Shown piece by piece: positions 27,649-36,038 of a stretch of DNA of 64,000 nt. A program made the position numbers and the translations under genes. The stretch comes from Planctomycetota bacterium (GTDB lineage: Bacteria > Planctomycetota > UBA1135 > GCA-002748355), in assembly GCA_026984035.1 (NCBI GenBank), contig JALSSW010000071.1, positions 230 to 64,229 of the forward strand, in the 5' to 3' direction. Position 1 is the first letter of the stretch, and every line of letters begins with the position of its first letter. The notes beneath the pieces were generated by a model. That model did no database searches. It was given only the letters and a program-made list of their open reading frames with translations, and was not told where the DNA came from.

Positions 27649-29931
27649 TCACCTCTCCTTTCCATCTTTTCCGGGAGTTTCTTTCCCTGGGCCAAAGAGC
27701 TCATTCATTTCCTTTTTCAAAGCTGCCTTGGCTTTTTCTCTTGCACCCTCTTCGAAACGGATCACTTCTCGAAGGGTGTTCAGAATTCGTGTAAAGGTCT
27801 CCAAACGCGTCATATACCTGAGCACATTCCGCATCATGGAGGCGACTTCATCATAACCCTTGGAAACAAGCATGCGGTCCGCCGCCAAGGCAGATCGGGC
27901 ATATCCCCGCACCGATCCGGCTAAAGAAGGCATATGGCGGGATCCAAGAAGGCCTAAAGGTTCCACAATGCGAGATTTGAGTCGAAAGATCCTGGACTCT
28001 TCCGCCAGCCTGTTATTCAACATCTCATCCAAAATGGCCTCATAACGCCTGCCAATCCCCGAAACCGTCCGCCCCAGATGTCTTTGGTGGCGGCCCAGTG
28101 TCAGAATTCTTCGACGAACTTTTTCCAGATTGGCTCCAGCCTTGGACAGATTTTGTAAGTCTCTAAACTCGGCCGCATCGGCAAGATGCTGTTTCAAAAG
28201 CTTCTCAAACTCCACCCGCTGTTCATTTTGCCGACGAAGAAGTTCAGTGAGCAGCTCGGCAGGGGTCACAACTTTGAAGGTATAAGCATCGGAAATCGTC
28301 TCCGCCGCCCCATCCATACCCACAGGCCGGTTGTCCCGGGCACCCAAGCGAACCGCAAGAAAGTCCCCAGGTCGAATAGGATTCGCCCCGTCCATCAAGG
28401 CATCTTTCTTCTTTAATAGAGGAAGGAGATCAAAAGTAATGGGGCGATCAAAAACAGGACTCCCCGGCTCAAAATCCTCCAAGCCTTGCGCTTTTGTCTC
28501 CCGAAAAGCCTTGATTCGGTCAGGTGCTCCAATGGAAGCTGTTTTCCCCTTCGCGAAAAGGAGCCGCAACCGAGAAAGCCCGAAGTCATCCACTGCGGTC
28601 ACCTCAATGGGAATCTTCGCCATGGGAGTAATCCTGGCCCCCACTCCGCGCACCGCAAGCTTGAGTCGTGGAGCCCGATCGGGGACCACTTGGAGAAGCA
28701 AACGCCGCCCCACGCCCTCTCTCAGCCCACTCTCATCCTCTAGAGCAATCACAAACAACCCCGAGGCTTTTGGACTCACTTGTCCCTGAAAGATCAGTCC
28801 ACTCCCAGTTACCTGGAGATCACCCTGGGGGGATCCTCCGACTACCACCCAAGCCTTCTTCACCGGTTTGCTCACCTTCCCTTGCAGCTCCAGCATCGCC
28901 CCTTCCGGGATCACCAATTCCCGTGCGTCGTCACTGAGGACCGCCTCTTTTTTCCCCATATATTCAGGAAAGTGCAGCTTAATCGCCAAATCTTGGACCA
29001 TGGGGCGATCAACGAGTTGCACATGGAGGTCATCCGTCAACCCATCTCCACCATCAGCGAAGGCTTGAATCGGATCCATCAAAGATGGAAAGGTCACCGT
29101 GAAAAGATCCTCACCGGTGTTCTGCACCATGGGCTCACTCGTCCAGCTTCCCCCCACAAAACGCCAGTGAATAAAAACACGTTCAGGAACAACCCCCCCG
29201 GCACGAACCCGAATCGTCAAATCATCTCCGCGAGGGGAAACCAAAACCCCTTTTTTCGCATCCAAGAAGACAAGATGAGTCTTTCGTGGCCAATCAACCG
29301 TTTGGCTCAACAGAAGATTGCGTTGTGTCCAAATTTTAAAATTCTGCGGGCTTATTCCGGCAGCAACCAAGAGGAGAAGAAAAGCTCCCCCAAACATCAA
29401 AAACTCCCGACGTAGCCGCTCACGGCGTATGGCCTTGGAAAAATGCAAAGCCTCCAACTCCTTGGCATTTAACAAAACAGCCTCCGCCATCAGGATTTCC
29501 GATTCTCCACGGACATTTCCCTGAACAAGGCTGCGGGAGAACTGAAGGGCGGAAATAAAACGTTGGCCAAGCCCCGGAGTTGCCCTCTCGACAGCGAGAG
29601 CCAATTCATCGTCCCCGAGCCGGGATTGCAGGGGAGACCAGACTTTAAGATAGAGCCCCCGAATCACCCAAATCAGCCAAAGGCCCAAGAGAACGGCACG
29701 GGCAGGCATTTCCAGCCGAAGCATTCGATCCAAACCAAAGGTCACGAGATAGTAAAAGAAGAAGGCCGGCCCGATGAAACCCAAACCCTCAATCAAGATC
29801 CCTTTTCGAACCTTCGAACGGAGCTCCCCCAGGCTTTGCCGAAAGCGTTCAAGGATCCCGGCCACTTCGCCGGTGATCGTGGAAGGTAGTTTTGTTTCTG
29901 TCATCGATTCTGTTCTTATTTCAAAGGCCAA
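27649..29931 (-). CDS. Membrane protein with N-terminal TM hairpin and large extracytoplasmic beta-rich domain (DUF4175-like, Bat-cluster associated)
   Basis: 760 aa. TM segments are GLGFIGPAFFFYYLVTF and AVLLGLWLIWVIRGL, with a later one at FLMFGGAFLLLLVAAGI. Ig-like beta regions follow (VTAVDDFGLSRLRLLF), then a helical C-terminus. The family name is recalled from memory and not verified. Confidence 0.55.
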   Translation of the reverse strand: MAFEIRTESMTETKLPSTITGEVAGILERFRQSLGELRSKVRKGILIEGLGFIGPAFFFYYLVTFGLDRMLRLEMPARAVLLGLWLIWVIRGLYLKVWSPLQSRLGDDELALAVERATPGLGQRFISALQFSRSLVQGNVRGESEILMAEAVLLNAKELEALHFSKAIRRERLRREFLMFGGAFLLLLVAAGISPQNFKIWTQRNLLLSQTVDWPRKTHLVFLDAKKGVLVSPRGDDLTIRVRAGGVVPERVFIHWRFVGGSWTSEPMVQNTGEDLFTVTFPSLMDPIQAFADGGDGLTDDLHVQLVDRPMVQDLAIKLHFPEYMGKKEAVLSDDARELVIPEGAMLELQGKVSKPVKKAWVVVGGSPQGDLQVTGSGLIFQGQVSPKASGLFVIALEDESGLREGVGRRLLLQVVPDRAPRLKLAVRGVGARITPMAKIPIEVTAVDDFGLSRLRLLFAKGKTASIGAPDRIKAFRETKAQGLEDFEPGSPVFDRPITFDLLPLLKKKDALMDGANPIRPGDFLAVRLGARDNRPVGMDGAAETISDAYTFKVVTPAELLTELLRRQNEQRVEFEKLLKQHLADAAEFRDLQNLSKAGANLEKVRRRILTLGRHQRHLGRTVSGIGRRYEAILDEMLNNRLAEESRIFRLKSRIVEPLGLLGSRHMPSLAGSVRGYARSALAADRMLVSKGYDEVASMMRNVLRYMTRLETFTRILNTLREVIRFEEGAREKAKAALKKEMNELFGPGKETPGKDGKER

Positions 29932-30032
29932 TCGCCATTGGGGGGTTCATTGGGACCTTCTATCGGGGCCAAAGAATCCCCTTCTTGGGGCAAAACGCTT
30001 TTCAAAGGAGGCAAGGTCATCAATCAATATGG

Positions 30033-32552
30033 TTAAAGAAGGTCGAAACGCTTCCTCAGGATCCATTCCAAGGTCAAAAAGAAAACTACGAGCGCCAGCG
30101 AGAACCAGTTGTCCCAAAGAGGATAAGGAAAGGCATAAACGGATGTCCGAGACCGGGAGGGGATTGCTGCAACACGATCCACAAGGAGGTTCGGGGGTAA
30201 CAACTCTCCTCCGGCCTTTTTGGCCAAGCGTTGAAGCCCCGAACGATTCATCGGTCCACGGCTTTCGAGCCTCGACCGACGCACTTCAAAACGCACCGGC
30301 TTACCTCCTCCATCTCCCGACATCGCCGTGACGGTCCAAGTTCCGGTTCCGGTGGGCCGGAAGGATCCGCGATAGCGCCCTTCCCCTGAAGCCAGGGGTT
30401 TTAGCCGGAGATCAAAGGTCATTCCTTTGGGACCCTGCACCCGTACCGGAACATCCTCCGCGATCAAGGGTTCAAAATTTTCGTCCAGGGCCCGGAGGTA
30501 GATTTCAACCTCCTTCCCCAGGGTGACCTTCGTTAAAGAAAGCCCCAACTTGAAACGACCACTTCCTGCGGTCAGTCTCCCTTCGCTCAAATAGCGCAGC
30601 CCTTTGAGCCAATAACGGTTGAACGCCGATTCCATCACACCAAACCAACGATAGGTCTCATCTGTTCCTGTGTAGCTGACCCGACCGGCCCCCACATATT
30701 GAGTTGCAAGAATAGGACGACGCTGCCCTTCAGACATGAAGGCAGTGTTGGGATGGTCAATCAAAACAAAGGCGGCGGGCTTCTTCCGCAACACGGGGAA
30801 GGACCAGTGAAAACCTGGAAGGAGACTCCAAAGCCGCTCATTCGTTTCCGGAGAATCCACAAGTCTCAGGCTCCTGTGCCGTTTACCTTCTGTGGTCAGA
30901 GTCCATGGCCAAGCAACTCGAAAAAATCGGCCATAGCCGATCTCGCGTTCGGCCGACGGTAAATCGGGCACCACAGGCAAAAGATCCACCAGAGGTTTGA
31001 GGCTTGAATCAGGCTGAATCGCCGAGAGAGAAAACTTGTCTCCCATGACCCACCAAAGCCCTGTTCCCCGTTCGGTCACAGCCCGTTCTACCATCTGAGA
31101 AAACTCAAGCGGAATGAATCGAGGATCAGGATCGAGGAAAAGGACTACATCCCATTCATCCAATTCCTTTGGATCTTTGGGAAGGTTTTTGAGGCTCACA
31201 TTCCCTTCCTGAGGAAAACCTTTTTCTGCACTTTGGAGCCAGCACCCGACTTTGACAGTGTCATCGCGCATCAGCTGGGTCTTAATGAGGCGGTATTCGA
31301 AGGTGGGCGCACCTACGATCATCAGGACATCGAGAGTCGAAGTGAGGACTTGGATCCGGTGTGTAAATCGGTGGCGCTCTCCATCAAAGTCCTCTCCTTC
31401 GGGGGGGGTGATTTCGACTTCCAGAACATGCTCGCCTTCCTTCTCCAATTTGAAAGGAGGAAAGTTCACCGAAGTAGAAGGTTGATCTCCTCCAAGCTCC
31501 ACTCGTTTTGTGGCGATCGTCTTTTTTCCTCCAGCGAGTCGCTCCAAAAGACGCACTTCGATTTGCTGAAAGGGGTAGCCCTGAGACTGGACTTGGACGG
31601 AAAGACTCACGGGGTCTCCCCTAAACACCTTGTCCGGGGCCTGAAGATCCCGAAGTCCAACAACCCAGGCTTCCCGGGGGTCACCGACACCCACCACATA
31701 GACCCGATCGATGTCCTTTCGGGCCAAAATCGCCCCGGCCTCCTCGGCCCGACCACCTAAATTCACCCGGCCATCAGTCACAAGAATGACCCCTGCAATC
31801 CTGGCCGAACGAACGGAATCCAGAGCTTGCCTCAACGACCCTGTCAGGTTCGTTCCACCCTCCGTGGGTTTCAGCCGATCCCAATCAATGTCGGGAGCAC
31901 CGGGAAGCCCACCCAAAGTGGAGGAGCCCACAGGATTTTTCTCACGGCCTCCCCTTGGGGGGCTGGCCTCTCCCCTCTTGACCTTAGAAGAGCTCCCTTT
32001 TTCCTCGCTTGCTTTGCGCTTTTTCTCCGGAGCAGGCCTGGAGCTTTCTCCAAAAAGACGGAGTCGGACAAGGTTTTTCTTAGCAAGGGTTTGGAGAATT
32101 CCCTTGTCTTTAAGGAGGCGGACCGAGAGACCAAAACGGGTCATGGTCGATGGATCTTCAACCCCCAAGTCCTTCCAAGCCTGTGCCTCTTCTTTCGAGT
32201 GGGCATAACTGTCCAAGTGCCCCATTGATTGCGATGCATCCAGAAGAACGAGCACTTCGCCGGGACGCACAGATTTGCGCACCTTTACCAAAGTCGGCTC
32301 AAGAAGAAGGAGCCCAATGGATGCCAAGGCCATCAAGCGCAGGAACGCCAACAAAGAACGCTTCCCAACGGAGAGACGCTTTGCGTCCTTTTTGTAGAGA
32401 TACACGACAAGGAGAAGGATCGCGACTGTCGCTGCAATGGAGAGGAGTGCAAGCGTACCCGAAGGAAGAGAAGTAAACTCAAAGCGCAGCTTCTCCCCTG
32501 CCTGTCCTTCTCCAGGACCCAGCCCGGCCAACCATTTCAGAAACTGTTCCAT
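30033..32552 (-). CDS. Membrane-anchored vWA domain protein (BatB-like) with C-terminal TM anchor
   Basis: 839 aa with N-terminal TM segments. vWA MIDAS-like string VLVLLDASQSMGH, then GGTNL and VILVTDGR. Large beta-rich region. C-terminal TM segment WFSLALVVFFLTLEWILRKRF. Confidence 0.7.
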   Translation of the reverse strand: MEQFLKWLAGLGPGEGQAGEKLRFEFTSLPSGTLALLSIAATVAILLLVVYLYKKDAKRLSVGKRSLLAFLRLMALASIGLLLLEPTLVKVRKSVRPGEVLVLLDASQSMGHLDSYAHSKEEAQAWKDLGVEDPSTMTRFGLSVRLLKDKGILQTLAKKNLVRLRLFGESSRPAPEKKRKASEEKGSSSKVKRGEASPPRGGREKNPVGSSTLGGLPGAPDIDWDRLKPTEGGTNLTGSLRQALDSVRSARIAGVILVTDGRVNLGGRAEEAGAILARKDIDRVYVVGVGDPREAWVVGLRDLQAPDKVFRGDPVSLSVQVQSQGYPFQQIEVRLLERLAGGKKTIATKRVELGGDQPSTSVNFPPFKLEKEGEHVLEVEITPPEGEDFDGERHRFTHRIQVLTSTLDVLMIVGAPTFEYRLIKTQLMRDDTVKVGCWLQSAEKGFPQEGNVSLKNLPKDPKELDEWDVVLFLDPDPRFIPLEFSQMVERAVTERGTGLWWVMGDKFSLSAIQPDSSLKPLVDLLPVVPDLPSAEREIGYGRFFRVAWPWTLTTEGKRHRSLRLVDSPETNERLWSLLPGFHWSFPVLRKKPAAFVLIDHPNTAFMSEGQRRPILATQYVGAGRVSYTGTDETYRWFGVMESAFNRYWLKGLRYLSEGRLTAGSGRFKLGLSLTKVTLGKEVEIYLRALDENFEPLIAEDVPVRVQGPKGMTFDLRLKPLASGEGRYRGSFRPTGTGTWTVTAMSGDGGGKPVRFEVRRSRLESRGPMNRSGLQRLAKKAGGELLPPNLLVDRVAAIPSRSRTSVYAFPYPLWDNWFSLALVVFFLTLEWILRKRFDLL

Positions 32553-32648
32553 CGAATCGCTTGCTTCCTTGTGTCAGTGCCTTTTCTGTCGTTATTCAGC
32601 CCAAGCACGGCAGTCGACTTGTTTTGTCAGTGGTCCTTAAGTAACCCT

Positions 32649-34901
32649 TTAGTGGTGTCCAAAACGCCAAGCCAAAAAACTCTCTAAAACTAAAAAACCC
32701 AAAAGCGCAAAGGCCAAAACTCGCCAGAATTCTCCCTCATCCACGAGAAAACCAGCCTTCACAGCAGAAGCCTCATCCACCCAGACCGCCCTCTCGGCCA
32801 TCTCAGAAGGCAAGCCTGCTAAAAATGCCTTTTTTGGGACCGTCTCCAAACGCCCCTCTTCTGTCCAAGGAGAGACTGAAAAAAAACGTTTTGCCTCCCC
32901 CATTCCTACCCGGTCAAGTTTCAGGACCCAGGCCCCTGCCTTCGGCCATGGCCGGCCCTCCTCAGGCCCGATTAAAGCCTTGAGATCATCTGGATTCTCC
33001 TTATCAGGTTGAGCGAGAAGACTCCGCTCAAGGCTCAGGCCGCTTTCATCTCCTTCCATAGGGAGAATGCGCAAGGCTGGACGATAATCCGCCGCCGACA
33101 ATGTGAGCGACCACTGTCCTCGGGGACCCAGGTTGTAAGGGCTCAAGTCCATCGGTTTCAACATTTGCTCTGCGAGGCGGGTCAGGAGAACGGGATATGA
33201 AAAATCTCCGGGCCAACTGGTCCAAGAAGCATCGGCCGTGGTCGTCATCATCCCCACAGAACCGTTGCCGAATTTTTTCTCCAGGAGAAGGGGAGGGCCA
33301 TTCTCATCCCCCAAACGTAGAAGGACTTTGGTTCCCTCTCCCAGAATCTCGGAACCTTTAGAATCACGTTCAATCTCGTGATATCTCCCCACAGACACAA
33401 GGGAAAGGAGCTTGGAAAGAACCTCGTTCATCCCCTGGAACAAAGGATGCTCCACTTGGGTAATGACAGGAGAAAGGGGTTTGGCCATATCTCCGTCCAC
33501 TTGATCGAGGGGAGCCGGAAGTAGGCCCTTGCCATCCTTCCAAAGAAGGGACTTGTATGAATTCACCGAGACTTGATCACCGGTGAAAACCAAAAGTCCC
33601 CCTCCCGCTCTCACCCAAGCTTCCAACCTTTGAACTTCTTTTTCGGGAAGTCGCCCCATATTGGCCAGGACAATCAGATCAAAGGAACCCAGCTTCTTCT
33701 GTGGAAAATCGTATTCATCCGTGTGCGTTACAGAAAAACCCGAAGCACCATCCTCTCCAGGGTCCAGAGCAGACCCCAAATAAAAGGTCTCCGAAAGCTC
33801 TATTCGCTCACCCGGATCTCCATCCACAAGAAGAATTTGCGCAGCATCTTGGACTTCAACCGCCAGAGCCTTTTTGTTATCCAAAGCCAGACGATCCAGC
33901 GGAAGATCAGCCTGAATTACATGAAAGCCCGGCGAGGCAAAATCAACGCTGAAGACCAAGGACTTGGAGCTATTTGGGGGAATAGGATCCATCTTCCGTG
34001 TCACGCGTGCACCGCCATCCACCTGAAATCCAAGGGGAAACCTGGCGCTCACATCCTTAGAAAAATTGAAGACTTCTACTTCAAAACGAGAGGGGATCTT
34101 TTGAATCGAACGGGCTTGTAAGGGCTTGATCCTGGTGATCCCGAGATTCGCTTGCCCAGAATGTGTCGCTGGAAAGAAAAACAACTTCCCCGTCCCTCCT
34201 CGAAGACCACGGAGACCTTTAAGAAGGGGTTGCTTGATACGCCCATCGGCTCCCATCAAGTCACTTCGTCTAAAATCCGAGACGAGATAAATAGAAAGGC
34301 GAGAGGCCTTTTCCCCAAGAGCATTGTCAATGCGTCGAATCCCTTCAAACAAAAGGGTGGGCTCAAAGCGATCAGGAGTCGGACGTGCAGCAGCGAGAGC
34401 TTCGTTCAGCTCTCCCCGGAGGGTTATCGTCACAGGCCGAGCCGAAAGATCAGCTTTGCTGGAAGAACTCCTCCACAAGGTCAAAAAATCTCCTCCTCGC
34501 GTCTTTCCGATCTGATCGGCGATCTCAAGGACCTTTTTTCGAGCCGCGTCAAACACAATCCCCACTCCGGATCGCTCACCAAGACTCCCCGAATCATCGA
34601 GGATAATGACATGGTGCACCGAACGCTGCCCCAAGCCCAAGAGGTCCTCCGAGGAGGCCATTGGACGTGCAAGCAAAAAAGCTAAAAGAGCGACAACTCC
34701 CATCCGAAGGAGCAGGAGAAGTAATTGCTCAAAGCGCATCCTCCTCCTCGTCTCTTTTTCGGCCCGGAGCAAAAACTCGATCGCCGCCCAACGAATCCTC
34801 TTGAAGCGTCGCTTATTGAGAATGTGGATGATCAAAGGGACCGAAGCAAGACCTGCTCCCCAGAGGAGAAAAGGGTTCAATAAGGAAAAAGCAAGGATCA
34901 T
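32649..34901 (-). CDS. BatA-type protein: N-terminal double-transmembrane domain (TIGR02226-like) + vWA domain + C-terminal TM
   Basis: ORF 32649..34934. The preferred start is MILAFSLLNPFLLWGAGLASVPLIIHILNKRRFKRIRW at 34901, which is the BatA N-terminal signature. vWA string HHVIILDDSGSLG. C-terminal TM FWRVLAFALLGFLVLESFLAWRF. Confidence 0.75.
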   Translation of the reverse strand: MILAFSLLNPFLLWGAGLASVPLIIHILNKRRFKRIRWAAIEFLLRAEKETRRRMRFEQLLLLLLRMGVVALLAFLLARPMASSEDLLGLGQRSVHHVIILDDSGSLGERSGVGIVFDAARKKVLEIADQIGKTRGGDFLTLWRSSSSKADLSARPVTITLRGELNEALAAARPTPDRFEPTLLFEGIRRIDNALGEKASRLSIYLVSDFRRSDLMGADGRIKQPLLKGLRGLRGGTGKLFFFPATHSGQANLGITRIKPLQARSIQKIPSRFEVEVFNFSKDVSARFPLGFQVDGGARVTRKMDPIPPNSSKSLVFSVDFASPGFHVIQADLPLDRLALDNKKALAVEVQDAAQILLVDGDPGERIELSETFYLGSALDPGEDGASGFSVTHTDEYDFPQKKLGSFDLIVLANMGRLPEKEVQRLEAWVRAGGGLLVFTGDQVSVNSYKSLLWKDGKGLLPAPLDQVDGDMAKPLSPVITQVEHPLFQGMNEVLSKLLSLVSVGRYHEIERDSKGSEILGEGTKVLLRLGDENGPPLLLEKKFGNGSVGMMTTTADASWTSWPGDFSYPVLLTRLAEQMLKPMDLSPYNLGPRGQWSLTLSAADYRPALRILPMEGDESGLSLERSLLAQPDKENPDDLKALIGPEEGRPWPKAGAWVLKLDRVGMGEAKRFFSVSPWTEEGRLETVPKKAFLAGLPSEMAERAVWVDEASAVKAGFLVDEGEFWRVLAFALLGFLVLESFLAWRFGHH

Positions 34902-34952
34902 GCGAGGCAACTCCTGGAGGTGCAGAGTTCGCAAAGAGTCATGAAATCGGGG

Positions 34953-36038
34953 TCAGCGCTGAAGAATAGGGAGGCGGGCATAAGGAAGGTTGAGGATAAT
35001 GAGTGCAATCGCAGTTCCATAGGTCCGCCCCACTCCATCTCCTTGCCAATAGCCCTTAGAACTCTGCTGCTTCATCATATATGCCGCGATTTCCTTGTAA
35101 TATCGGTCCCAATCCCTCCCCCCTTCTTGGTAGAGGGCCTCCGCAAAATAAAGCTGGGCATAGAAATGAAACCCTCCACTTCGAGTCGGTGAGATATGAC
35201 TTTTTGCATATTGCATGGCTTTTTTGGCCATCTTGTCATCGTACTTACCTGCGTTGTAAAGAACGGCACAAGCAGCGGCCGTTATCGCAGGCCGCGAGGG
35301 TCCACGAAACCGAGCCCCATATCGAATCCCACCGTCTTCATTGGCTGAATCCGCGATGTATTTGACTGCGTTTCGAATCACCTTTTTGGGCACATTGATC
35401 CCCGCGTTCCGACAAGCCCGCAAACCCTGCACCTGAGTAACAGTAACCGAACCTTCGTCATAGTTATCTCCAGGAGCATAGTTCCAGCCCCCATAGGAGG
35501 ATTGACTTTTGGCCGTGAGGCGGATGGCTTTATCCAAAACCCTTCTCAGCCGGCGCTGCATCTTGAGATCCACTTCCATCCCATAGACTTCACCCAAAAA
35601 AAGCATGGCGAAGCCATGCCCATACATGGGACGCTCTTCCTCTTGAAGAATGCTGATGAGACCGCTCTTTAGGGAATGGCGCATCAAAAATTCCGCAGCC
35701 TTCCGAATGTTTGGAGCATAGGGTCCCCGCATGGGGGTGGAGCCGGTAGCCATAAGGGCAAAGCCGGCGAGGGAAGTCATCGCAATGGGATAACCATTGG
35801 AAGAACCATTGGCCCGCCATGATCCATCCCTGTTTTGTGTCCGGACAAGATACTTGGCCCCTTTTTGAATCGTGCTTTCAATCCGAGCATTGACCCCTCT
35901 AGGGTAGAGCTTCCCATTTTTTGGGAGCTTGATTCCATCAAGTTCTTGCGCTCGCAACCCAAGGGAAAGCCCAAGAGTTGATGCAAAAAAGATTCCAAAC
36001 TTCGGAAGCAATAATTTGGACCACCCCATTGCCTTCAT
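34953..36038 (-). CDS. Secreted prenyltransferase/squalene-oxidase-repeat (alpha-alpha toroid) protein
   Basis: 361 aa with a signal peptide. Repeated QW-like units: TQNRDGSWR, SQSSYGGWNY, ANEDGGIRY, QQSSKGYWQG. The ATG overlaps the upstream stop (ATGA, 36035..36038). Confidence 0.75.
   Translation of the reverse strand: MKAMGWSKLLLPKFGIFFASTLGLSLGLRAQELDGIKLPKNGKLYPRGVNARIESTIQKGAKYLVRTQNRDGSWRANGSSNGYPIAMTSLAGFALMATGSTPMRGPYAPNIRKAAEFLMRHSLKSGLISILQEEERPMYGHGFAMLFLGEVYGMEVDLKMQRRLRRVLDKAIRLTAKSQSSYGGWNYAPGDNYDEGSVTVTQVQGLRACRNAGINVPKKVIRNAVKYIADSANEDGGIRYGARFRGPSRPAITAAACAVLYNAGKYDDKMAKKAMQYAKSHISPTRSGGFHFYAQLYFAEALYQEGGRDWDRYYKEIAAYMMKQQSSKGYWQGDGVGRTYGTAIALIILNLPYARLPILQR

Noticed and set aside
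32553-32648. Direct repeat of CACTGACA about 50 nt apart (minus-strand reading) in the gap between the two vWA genes, considered as a possible regulatory site.
   Set aside because: An 8-mer occurring twice in about 100 nt is weak evidence, and no flanking symmetry or promoter hexamers could be supported.
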